A DNA stretch of 26,586 nt, taken from positions 1 through 26,586 of IMG/VR virus record IMGVR_UViG_3300016476_000344; one strand, given 5' to 3'. Positions 16,896-23,436 of this stretch are shown one piece after another. Positions within the stretch are counted from its first letter, which is position 1, and every line of letters begins with the position of its first letter. Position numbers and translations under genes: made by a program. Below the pieces are notes generated by a model. That model had not been told where the DNA came from. It did not search any database and saw only the letters and a program-made list of their open reading frames with translations. Origin of the DNA: a virus. Its lineage: Duplodnaviria; Caudoviricetes.

Positions 16896-17645
16896 TCAGG
16901 CGTTGTGGGATGCAGTCAGTGCTGCGGAGAATGCCTCCCAGTCGAGGGGCATGTTCTTCAAGCCAAACCGATTGCCGCCCATGTGGGCAGGATGCGGCTC
17001 GACGTGAAGAATTCGTTTGCCCGTGGTGCGGGCCTTGGTTTCGGTCTTGCCGTAACCACCGTCCGACTCGGTGGTGACGATCTGGTAGTTGGCCCAGCCG
17101 ATCACGTCGGCCCACTCCTGCACCAAGGCAGTGGCGCGGTCGTGCAGCTTGATGGTGTAGGTGTCGTACCCGTCATGCAGCGGCGACTCGAAGTGCTTGA
17201 CCTTGTCGTGCGCGATCAAGATCACCGCCATGTTCTTCTGTTGGCGCAGGGCCTCAAAGCCTTGCAGCAGGTTGCGCCACTCCTCGGCCGCTGCCACGTA
17301 GCCCTTGCCGTAGCCGGGCTTCTCGATGTTGTCCCATTTGTTGGCCGCGCACACATGGGCATGCACCAGCGGCTCGAGCCAGTCCAGAGAGTCGAGGAAC
17401 ACCGTCTGGAAGTCGTGGTCCTGCGTCAGCAGCGTCTCGATGGCGCCGTACACGTCGTCCAGCGTCTTGGCGAGCGGAAAGGCGTTCGCGTCAACCGCGT
17501 CGGCTCCGTCCTCGGTCAGGATGCCCACCGCGTTGGGGGCAGAAGCGGCGAAGGTGGTCTTGCCGACCTTGCCAGGGCCGCACACCACGATCTTGGGTGC
17601 GCGGATGCGCTTGGTGCGCGAGATAGATGAGAGATCAAAAGCCAT
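16896..17645 (-). CDS. sak4: Sak4-like AAA_24 ATPase (single-strand annealing recombinase)
   Basis: GPGKVGKTT Walker A, VFLDSLDWLE, GYGKGY, ILIAH, EWADVIG; AAGGA RBS. Confidence 0.88.
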   Translation of the reverse strand: MAFDLSSISRTKRIRAPKIVVCGPGKVGKTTFAASAPNAVGILTEDGADAVDANAFPLAKTLDDVYGAIETLLTQDHDFQTVFLDSLDWLEPLVHAHVCAANKWDNIEKPGYGKGYVAAAEEWRNLLQGFEALRQQKNMAVILIAHDKVKHFESPLHDGYDTYTIKLHDRATALVQEWADVIGWANYQIVTTESDGGYGKTETKARTTGKRILHVEPHPAHMGGNRFGLKNMPLDWEAFSAALTASHNA

Positions 17646-17675
17646 TTTGTGTTCCTTGGTGGTGGGCTGTCGTGG

Positions 17676-17692
17676 GTTGTGAAATTCGCATC
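17676..17692. promoter_or_regulatory. 17-bp operator upstream of sak4
   Basis: GTTGTG-AAATT-CGCATC in the intergenic gap. Confidence 0.6.
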
Positions 17693-17873
17693 AGTCTTCT
17701 GGTGACTTGTTTGCGCGGTCGGGCACATGTCGCAAGATCAGGTCGTCCTTGACCTGCTCAACTGTGGTGAATCGGTGTTCGTTGGCACACTCATAGCGCC
17801 TGGTCTTGGCCCCGTCCTTGCGGGTGCGCGTTTCGAGGACTTCCGTCCACGCGCCGCAGCGAGGGCACTTCAT
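17691..17873 (-). CDS. Zinc-ribbon protein (NrdR N-terminal/Ogr-like), putative regulator
   Basis: MKCPRCG..TEVLETR...RRYECANEHRFTTVE; ATGA overlap at 17870-17873. Confidence 0.75.
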   Translation of the reverse strand: MKCPRCGAWTEVLETRTRKDGAKTRRYECANEHRFTTVEQVKDDLILRHVPDRANKSPED

Positions 17874-18064
17874 GCGCTGGCCAGCCTCTTGACTGCTTCG
17901 TGCCAGATCTTGCGATCCGGGTCGAACTTCTTTTGCGCGGCCATCAGCTCGCCAAGCCTTTGCTGCCCACGCGACCAGACGCTGTAGTCGTCGCTCTTGT
18001 CGTAGTACCAGTCGAAGCATTCGAGGGCCTTTTTGTATTCGTCGGGGTCGGTGATGTCACTCAT
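17870..18064 (-). CDS. Small hypothetical protein (DWYYDKSDD..VW.RG motif)
   Basis: Start re-placed at 18064 (GAGGG RBS, ATGA overlap). Confidence 0.7.
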   Translation of the reverse strand: MSDITDPDEYKKALECFDWYYDKSDDYSVWSRGQQRLGELMAAQKKFDPDRKIWHEAVKRLASA

Positions 18065-18345
18065 GCCGCCCTCTCTTTCAACATGGCGTCGGCCATTTGA
18101 TAGGCGCCCATAGCCAGACATGCGGCTTGGCTATCCACATATTCTTGATTGTCTTCATAGTGAAGTGCATCCGCTGTTTCCGGTCCCCACTTTCCAGATT
18201 GGATGATTGCTGCCATAGCCTTGGCTGCAAAGTAGTCGCGCAGGGTCATGCCGCGCATGAAACCTTGATGCAGAACCTGGCCTGCAGGCGCGACGATTTG
18301 GGTGTTTTGCGGAAACGCTGGCCCGCCTGTGTTGGTGTTGCTCAT
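18061..18345 (-). CDS. Conserved phage protein (GGPAFP...GMTLRDYFAAKAM...AY.MADAML family)
   Basis: Recognisable motif family; start 18345 with GGAG RBS. Confidence 0.78.
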   Translation of the reverse strand: MSNTNTGGPAFPQNTQIVAPAGQVLHQGFMRGMTLRDYFAAKAMAAIIQSGKWGPETADALHYEDNQEYVDSQAACLAMGAYQMADAMLKERAA

Positions 18346-18346
18346 G

Positions 18347-18529
18347 TCAGCTGCTCCACCAGGCGACCAACAGACCAGCCAGCACCACGCCGATGACCAC
18401 GGCCAGGCCCACGTCGGCGTAACGCTCCCACGGGTGGACGCGGTAGCCCATCGACTTGCTGCTGATGTAGCCGGGGGTGAAATGGCACTCATTGAGAGTG
18501 CGAGGGGTTTGGAGGTGAGAGGGTTTCAT
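18347..18529 (-). CDS. First early-left gene, small protein with C-terminal TM helix
   Basis: AAGGA RBS; MKPSHLQTPRTLNEC.F...GLAVVIGVVLAGLLVAWWSS. Confidence 0.68.
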   Translation of the reverse strand: MKPSHLQTPRTLNECHFTPGYISSKSMGYRVHPWERYADVGLAVVIGVVLAGLLVAWWSS

Positions 18530-18568
18530 GGTTCGGGTTCCTTGGTTGGCACAGCGAGTTGCTGTAGG

Positions 18569-18602
18569 AGTGATTCTCGCGCAACATTGCGAAAACACCA
18601 AC
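18569..18602 (-). promoter_or_regulatory. Early-left promoter (PL-like) with two tandem operators
   Basis: Minus strand TTGGTG(18601-18596)-N17-GAGAAT(18578-18573); operators AGTGAT-TCTCG-CGCAAC (18569-18585) and ATTGCG-AAAAC-ACCAAC (18586-18602). Confidence 0.65.
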
Positions 18603-18610
18603 ACCCGAAA

Positions 18611-18639
18611 CAATGACCCACCGTTTCAGTGGGTTATTG
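18611..18639. terminator. Stem-loop just downstream of the repressor remnant, probable terminator
   Basis: CAATGACCCAC-CGTTTCA-GTGGGTTATTG (11-bp stem, one non-Watson-Crick pair). Confidence 0.55.
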
Positions 18640-18647
18640 AGAAAAAC

Positions 18648-18819
18648 TCAGAGGGGTTTGATCCAGAGAACAGGCGAGGCCCAAGCCACCAATGCATCGG
18701 TGCGCAGTGACTCGCCGTTAGGGCGCAGCAGGTTGAACGTGCCTGATCGATAGCCGCGATTGACAAAGCCCACCAAGTGCTCGCCCGTGTAATAGTTGAC
18801 AAAACCACTCGGTATTCAT
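18648..18819 (-). pseudogene. Internally deleted CI-like repressor (N-terminal 10 codons fused out of frame to an S24-like C-terminus)
   Basis: GAGG RBS + ATG 18819 gives MNTEWFCQLL. From 18788, in another frame: TGEHLVGFVNRGYRSGTFNLLRPNGESLRTDALVAWASPVLWIKPL-TGA(18648). Position is the canonical cI slot, divergent from cro. Confidence 0.7.
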
Positions 18820-18830
18820 TGAAGCCTCTT

Positions 18831-18880
18831 TTGGTGAGGTTTCCACATTGCCATACACTCCACGATGAGTCAAACGCAAC
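18831..18880 (+). promoter_or_regulatory. Early-right promoter (PR-like) with two operators
   Basis: TTGGTG(18831-18836)-N17-TACACT(18854-18859); operators GGTGAG-GTTTC-CACATT (18833-18849) and GATGAG-TCAAA-CGCAAC (18864-18880). Confidence 0.68.
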
Positions 18881-18897
18881 CCATAAGGATTTTCAAC

Positions 18898-19140
18898 ATG
18901 TCCATCCCCGTGATTCATACCCTCGACCCCGCCTACACAGTCATTGAAAAGCTCGGTGGCAAGGGCGAAGTCTGCGAGGCCCTTGGCCTCGACAAGTCCA
19001 CGCTCTCGCGCTGGTGCCAACCTGTGCCCAAGGGCACAGGCGGCGTCATTCCGCAGAGGTACTGGCCGCAGCTGATCGAGATGGCCCGCGTCAAGCGCGT
19101 GCGCATCAGCCTCAAGGAGTTGGCCGCCGTCGAGGTGTGA
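18898..19140 (+). CDS. Cro-like HTH regulator
   Basis: VIEKLGGKGEVCEALGLDKSTLSRW...GTGGVIPQRYWPQLI; AAGGA RBS favours ATG 18898 over 18865. Confidence 0.82.
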   Translation: MSIPVIHTLDPAYTVIEKLGGKGEVCEALGLDKSTLSRWCQPVPKGTGGVIPQRYWPQLIEMARVKRVRISLKELAAVEV

Positions 19141-19163
19141 TCGTGGTTGTAGGAGCCCCAACC

Positions 19164-21287
19164 ATGACCAACTCTGACTTCCTTGCAGAGGTCTATGGCG
19201 ACCTCGAGCCAGGCACCTACGGGTGGGTGTGCAGTTTCCGCGCAGATCCGTCGAACGCGCCCGCACTGGTGTGGGCAGGCCGACCCTACAAGGGTCTGCC
19301 AGCACAGGCAGCCACCATCGACAAATCCCACGACGACAACACCTACTTTTGCACTTCAGTCCTGACGCCCACCGACGACGGCGAGACAGCCAGGCGCAAG
19401 GACGCGTTCGTTCGGCTTGCCGTGCTGGTGCTTGACGATGTGCAGCTGTCAGACGTGCAGGGGTACAGCTACGCGATCCAAACCAGCCCCGGCAAATTCC
19501 AGATCGGTATCTTCCTCGATGGGGACGATGCGGATACCCGAAATAGGCCGCTCGTTGACCGGGTAATGAGCGCTTTGGCCGCGCGGGGGCGAAGCAACGA
19601 CGCCTCGGGTAATGCGTGCGTGCGCTACGTGCGCCTGCCCGTTGGCACCAACACCAAGCCGCGCCCGGCCGGCGAGTGGCAAGTGAAGCTGGAAGCCTGG
19701 CAGCCGAACGTGCGCTGGTCCCTGGACGACGCCTGCGCGGCCGTGGGCATCGACCTCGACGGCCTCAAGGCAGCGACCACCGTCGCGACTCGCACATCTT
19801 CAGCAACATCAGGCACGGGTGTGCACGCTGGCGAGATGGTCATGGGCATCACCGACCCGAACCCATCCAACCGCGCCTACCACGACAGCATCACCCGCCT
19901 GGCCGCGTCCCTGATTGCCGGCGGCATGTTCCCTGGCGCCGCGGTCGAGTTTCTGTACAGCCTGATGGACGAGTCACGGCCGGGCGACCAGGCCGAACTG
20001 GCCCGCTGGCAGGCGCGCCGGGCCGAGATCCCGCGGGCGGTCAAGTCGGCCGAGAAGTTCGCGCCCGAGGAGCGCCAGCCGCCCAAGATCACCGTGAACC
20101 TGAACCTGGGTGGCTCACAGGATGAGCCTGAGCCCGAGGCCGTGCCCGGCGACCTGGTGCCAATGGACTGGGGCCGGCTGCACAGCACACAGCCCGAGCC
20201 CACGCAGTGGCGCCTGGAGGGCTGGCTGCCCGAGGGTACCGTTACCCTGCTGGCCGCCAACGGTGGCGTGGGCAAGTCCAACGTCAGCCTGCAGCTGGGC
20301 GTGGCATTGGCTCATGGCGTGAGCCTGTTCGACCTGCCTACCAAGCCCAGCCGCGTGCTGGTCCTGTCGGGCGAGGACGAGGCCCGCACCGTCCACTTTC
20401 GCGTCGCCAACATCTGCGCCGACATGGGTGTCGAAATGTCGTCACTTGCCGGGCGCATGGACGTGTACGACCTCACGCAGCAGGACTGCGTGCTGTGGAA
20501 GGATGGCCTGCCGACCGAGCGCATGCAGTGGCTGGCCGATGTCACCGTGGCGACAAAGGCCGACGTGGTGATCATCGACAACGCGTCCGACGTGTTCGCC
20601 GACAACGAGAACGACCGCACCGCAGTGCGCGGGTTCATGCGCGCCCTGAACCTGATCGCAGGCGTCACCCGTGCGGCCGTGCTGCTGCTGGCCCACGTGG
20701 ACAAGGCGTCCGCACGCGGCGGGGCAGGGTTGGACACCAACACCACGTTCAGCGGGTCCACGGCCTGGAACAACTCAGCGCGCAGCCGCTGGGCGATGGT
20801 GCGCGATGGCCAGTCGGTGCTGATGCGTCATGAGAAGTGCAACCTGGGCCCGCTGCAGGAGGAGATCCGCATCGAGTTCGACCCAGGCTCCAAGACGTTC
20901 AAGCGGTTCGGCGCCTCGCCAGGCCTGGCTGCCGCGTCTGCGCTGATGCGAAACACCCAACGCGCTGCGATTCTCAAACTGATCGAGCGCGCCTGCGCGG
21001 CCGGGGCCAACCTGTCGCTCAAGCCCAGCGCCACCAACAACGTGTTCGTGGCCCTGCGCGACGACCCGGAGTTCCCGAGCGGCCTGGACCGGCGCGAGTT
21101 CTTCCAGATCCTGCGCGACCTCGAGAACGAGCGCCTGGTGGCCGCACAGACGTACATGCGCAGCAACCGCACGCCAGGCCAGCGCATTGTGCTGACCGAC
21201 GCAGGCCGCGCCCGCGTGGCCGTGGGATCAGGTGCCGCACCCACATGGTCGCAGCGTGAGCAATACCAAGGAGAAAACGATGAGTGA
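19164..21287 (+). CDS. Primase-helicase fusion: RepB-like AEP primase + RepA/AAA_25 SF4-type helicase
   Basis: AGGAG RBS, ATG 19164; LVLDDV, IQTSPGKFQ, RYVRLP.GTN (primase); ANGGVGKS, SGED, IIDN, LLAHVDK, SGSTAW (helicase). Confidence 0.87.
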   Translation: MTNSDFLAEVYGDLEPGTYGWVCSFRADPSNAPALVWAGRPYKGLPAQAATIDKSHDDNTYFCTSVLTPTDDGETARRKDAFVRLAVLVLDDVQLSDVQGYSYAIQTSPGKFQIGIFLDGDDADTRNRPLVDRVMSALAARGRSNDASGNACVRYVRLPVGTNTKPRPAGEWQVKLEAWQPNVRWSLDDACAAVGIDLDGLKAATTVATRTSSATSGTGVHAGEMVMGITDPNPSNRAYHDSITRLAASLIAGGMFPGAAVEFLYSLMDESRPGDQAELARWQARRAEIPRAVKSAEKFAPEERQPPKITVNLNLGGSQDEPEPEAVPGDLVPMDWGRLHSTQPEPTQWRLEGWLPEGTVTLLAANGGVGKSNVSLQLGVALAHGVSLFDLPTKPSRVLVLSGEDEARTVHFRVANICADMGVEMSSLAGRMDVYDLTQQDCVLWKDGLPTERMQWLADVTVATKADVVIIDNASDVFADNENDRTAVRGFMRALNLIAGVTRAAVLLLAHVDKASARGGAGLDTNTTFSGSTAWNNSARSRWAMVRDGQSVLMRHEKCNLGPLQEEIRIEFDPGSKTFKRFGASPGLAAASALMRNTQRAAILKLIERACAAGANLSLKPSATNNVFVALRDDPEFPSGLDRREFFQILRDLENERLVAAQTYMRSNRTPGQRIVLTDAGRARVAVGSGAAPTWSQREQYQGENDE

Positions 21288-21699
21288 GAAGAAAGACGAG
21301 GCGCTGAAGCTGGCGCTGGAGGCGTTGGAAAGACACGCTGAACTTGGTTTGCTTGCGGGATCAACCATCACCGCAATCCGCGAAGCACTGGCCCATGCAC
21401 CGGAGGTGCGGGAGCAGCCCCGTGGCGAAGCCACATTAGCACAGCAGCAGGAGCCGGTGGCGACAGTGACAAGTGAGTCAGGAAATCCGAATGTCGCAAT
21501 GTCTTGGTGGCACGAACCTGCGCTGCCTGTCGGCACAAAGCTCTACACATCCCCACCAGCAAGCAAGCCGCTGACGGATGAGCAGATCGGCATGGCATTT
21601 CGCAAAGCATTTCCGGTTGGAGGCGTAGTGTTTACCAATGGGGCCATCGACTTTGCCCGCAACATCGAAGCCGCCCACGGCATCAAGGGGGACGAATGA
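21280..21699 (+). CDS. Hypothetical accessory protein (ALKLALEALE...QEPVA...LYTSPP...FAR.IEAAHGI)
   Basis: AAGGAG RBS, ATG 21280; modular motif family. Confidence 0.72.
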   Translation: MSEKKDEALKLALEALERHAELGLLAGSTITAIREALAHAPEVREQPRGEATLAQQQEPVATVTSESGNPNVAMSWWHEPALPVGTKLYTSPPASKPLTDEQIGMAFRKAFPVGGVVFTNGAIDFARNIEAAHGIKGDE

Positions 21700-21887
21700 A
21701 AACCCAGCACTGCGACGAATGCAAACACGCCACCATGCGTGCGCTGCCTAAACCCACGTTGGTCTGCGCCATGTTGCACAAGCCACGCTTTTACGCGCCG
21801 GTGTACTGGCTCAAGGATTCGTGGGGCTGGAAGCGCAAGTGCGAAGATTTTGTGAACAAAGTTGCCCACGCTAAGGGGGACGCATGA
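21696..21887 (+). CDS. Small Cys-rich, possibly zinc-binding protein
   Basis: CDECKH...C...C; GGGGG RBS, ATGA overlaps. Confidence 0.65.
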   Translation: MKTQHCDECKHATMRALPKPTLVCAMLHKPRFYAPVYWLKDSWGWKRKCEDFVNKVAHAKGDA

Positions 21888-22054
21888 AGTATTCGTTCGG
21901 CTGGCTGACCAACAAACGCGGGCAGGTTGTCGTGCAGATCACCGAGCACCTGCATGAGGGCTGGTTTGATGACCTGTACGCGGCCAAGTTTGCGGCCGCG
22001 CAGTTCTTTGGCGAGCGGCCGGTGCTGTTTCAGATCAGGAGGGCGGCGAGATGA
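21884..22054 (+). CDS. Small hypothetical protein (56 aa, not in ORF track)
   Basis: MKYSFGWLTNKRGQVVVQITEHLHEGWFDDLYAAKFAAAQFFGERPVLFQIRRAAR; ATGA overlaps at both ends. Confidence 0.6.
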   Translation: MKYSFGWLTNKRGQVVVQITEHLHEGWFDDLYAAKFAAAQFFGERPVLFQIRRAAR

Positions 22055-22245
22055 GCGCGTTAGCAGACAGCAGGAAGACCTGCCCGCCCTGTCATGGGGA
22101 CTGCAATCAGGGGCGGAATTGCCCGGCGAGGCGGGGCTTGCACACGGTGCTCACGCCTTGCACACGCATGCATGTGCAGCCTGCGTGCAGGTGTGTGCAA
22201 ACCCCCCTCAAAGGGGGTTGCACACCTGCACATGCACACGCATAG
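22051..22245 (+). CDS. Small protein with CPPC..DCNQGR.CP motif, 3' part runs through the origin repeats
   Basis: AGGAGG RBS, ATGA overlap; the C-terminal half looks like read-through into repeats. Confidence 0.45.
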   Translation: MSALADSRKTCPPCHGDCNQGRNCPARRGLHTVLTPCTRMHVQPACRCVQTPLKGGCTPAHAHA

Positions 22246-22283
22246 ATGGGGTGTGGGGGCGTGTGCGTGCAAAGTTATCCACA
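22138..22283. other. Putative replication origin: TGCACAC iterons, large hairpin, DnaA box
   Basis: (T)TGCACAC(G) at 22138, 22158, 22218, 22233 with inverted copies at 22193 and about 22264; hairpin 22185-22231; TTATCCACA at 22275-22283; downstream of the primase-helicase. Confidence 0.6.
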
Positions 22284-22293
22284 GGAGGGAAAG

Positions 22294-22401
22294 ATGAGTA
22301 GTGATCTGTTTTTGTTGGCCGGGATTGTGCTGTGCGCGGTCGGGCTTTGGTGGTGGGGCGCGCTGTGCATCGGGTTGGCTTGGCTGGCGTCGCGGCGGTG
22401 A
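22294..22401 (+). CDS. Small membrane peptide (35 aa, not in ORF track)
   Basis: AGGAGG RBS; MSSDLFLLAGIVLCAVGLWWWGALCIGLAWLASRR. Confidence 0.55.
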   Translation: MSSDLFLLAGIVLCAVGLWWWGALCIGLAWLASRR

Positions 22402-22416
22402 TGGGAGAATCGGGAC

Positions 22417-22986
22417 ATGATGCAAACCAAGCAACAAGACCTCGGAGAGCAGTTGCAGAAGGCCGTGCTGCAGCAGGCGATGGATGCTGGATGTGCGTCC
22501 AGTAGCAATGAAGATGCGAATGATTTGCAGTCAACAGAAAAACGGCCGCAAAACGGCGAAAAGAGGCCCGCGGTCGGGAACGGGGGCGTGCGGACGCCCA
22601 GCGGCCGCCCCAAAGGCGTGCGAAACAAGCTCACCAACCTGCGCGACGCGGTGCTGGAGGCGTTCGACCGCGTGGGCGGGGCTGAGTACCTGGTGCGCCT
22701 GGCCGAGGGCACACAGAGCGACCGGGCCGCGTTCGTGAGCCTGATGAACAAGGTGCTGCCCACGCAGATCAACCAGCAGGTGGACGGCGGCATCAAGCTA
22801 GAACTTTCGTGGCTTGGCGGCCGGTCGATTGGCACAACAACGGCACAAATCCAGGAGCAGCGCACGCAAGTGCTTGATCTGGAACGAGATTCCGACGGCG
22901 GGTACCGGATTAAAGATCCGAGCAAGCAGCAAGACGCCGATAAGGGGTCGCCGCCAGAGGGCGCAGGAGACGCGCAAGGTGCCTAA
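22417..22986 (+). CDS. terS: Terminase small subunit (putative)
   Basis: SGRPKGVRNK...AVLEAFDRVGGAEYL...FVSLMNKVLP; upstream of terL. Confidence 0.75.
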   Translation: MMQTKQQDLGEQLQKAVLQQAMDAGCASSSNEDANDLQSTEKRPQNGEKRPAVGNGGVRTPSGRPKGVRNKLTNLRDAVLEAFDRVGGAEYLVRLAEGTQSDRAAFVSLMNKVLPTQINQQVDGGIKLELSWLGGRSIGTTTAQIQEQRTQVLDLERDSDGGYRIKDPSKQQDADKGSPPEGAGDAQGA

Positions 22987-23175
22987 GGCTACTACCCCAC
23001 CAACCCCCTGCCGTTCGCGTCTCCTGGCTGCGATCTGGGGCCAGGCTGGGGACGCTGTGGCCTGGGGGTGGGCCGAGCCTGCGAGCCCTGACCCCCTATC
23101 CCCCCGTCGAGCCGGGGCCGGGGGGGTCGCTCGAGCAGGGGCCCCCCACCATTTTTCTGAAACCTAAAAAACGAA

Positions 23176-23192
23176 GTTGAGGAAACCGCAAT
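23176..23192. promoter_or_regulatory. 17-bp operator over the RBS/start of the gene coupled to terL
   Basis: GTTGAG-GAAAC-CGCAAT. Confidence 0.6.
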
Positions 23193-23436
23193 GAAGTTCC
23201 GCAAGAAGCCTGTGGTCATTGAGGCCACCCAATGGCACAACCATGGCGACCACCCGGAAGTTTTGCTTGAGCCGCTTGACCCAATCACTGGCTATATCAC
23301 CGGTTATCACGGCTGGATTCAAACGCTAGAAGGCGGCCACATCGTCACCCCTGGCGACTGGATCATCACCGGCGTCCACGGCGAACACTACCCGTGCAAG
23401 CCCGACATCTTTGAGAAAACTTACGAGCCTGCATGA
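23191..23436 (+). CDS. PGDYG-like conserved phage protein
   Basis: MKFRKKPVVIEA.QW...IQTLEG...PGDWIITGV.GE.YPCKPDIF.KTYE. Confidence 0.8.
   Translation: MKFRKKPVVIEATQWHNHGDHPEVLLEPLDPITGYITGYHGWIQTLEGGHIVTPGDWIITGVHGEHYPCKPDIFEKTYEPA

Noticed and set aside
16314-17630. 438-aa plus-strand ORF and other long antisense ORFs (e.g. 23421-24677, 24713-25837, 1954-2889)
   Set aside because: Antisense shadows of well-supported genes, expected in high-GC DNA; no recognisable motifs.
18760-18803. Two perfect TTGACA -35 boxes (18760, 18796) as promoters
   Set aside because: No acceptable -10 at 16-18 bp spacing; both lie in the repressor remnant.
18881-18897. Ninth operator over the cro RBS
   Set aside because: Only a half site (TTCAAC); the left half lacks the invariant TG.
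18718-19305. 195-aa minus-strand ORF as the repressor
   Set aside because: Mostly antisense shadow of cro and the primase start; only the part from ATG 18819 has an RBS and repressor-like residues.
22138-22272. Mini CRISPR array
   Set aside because: Repeats are 7-9 bp, in both orientations and irregularly spaced; iteron-like instead.
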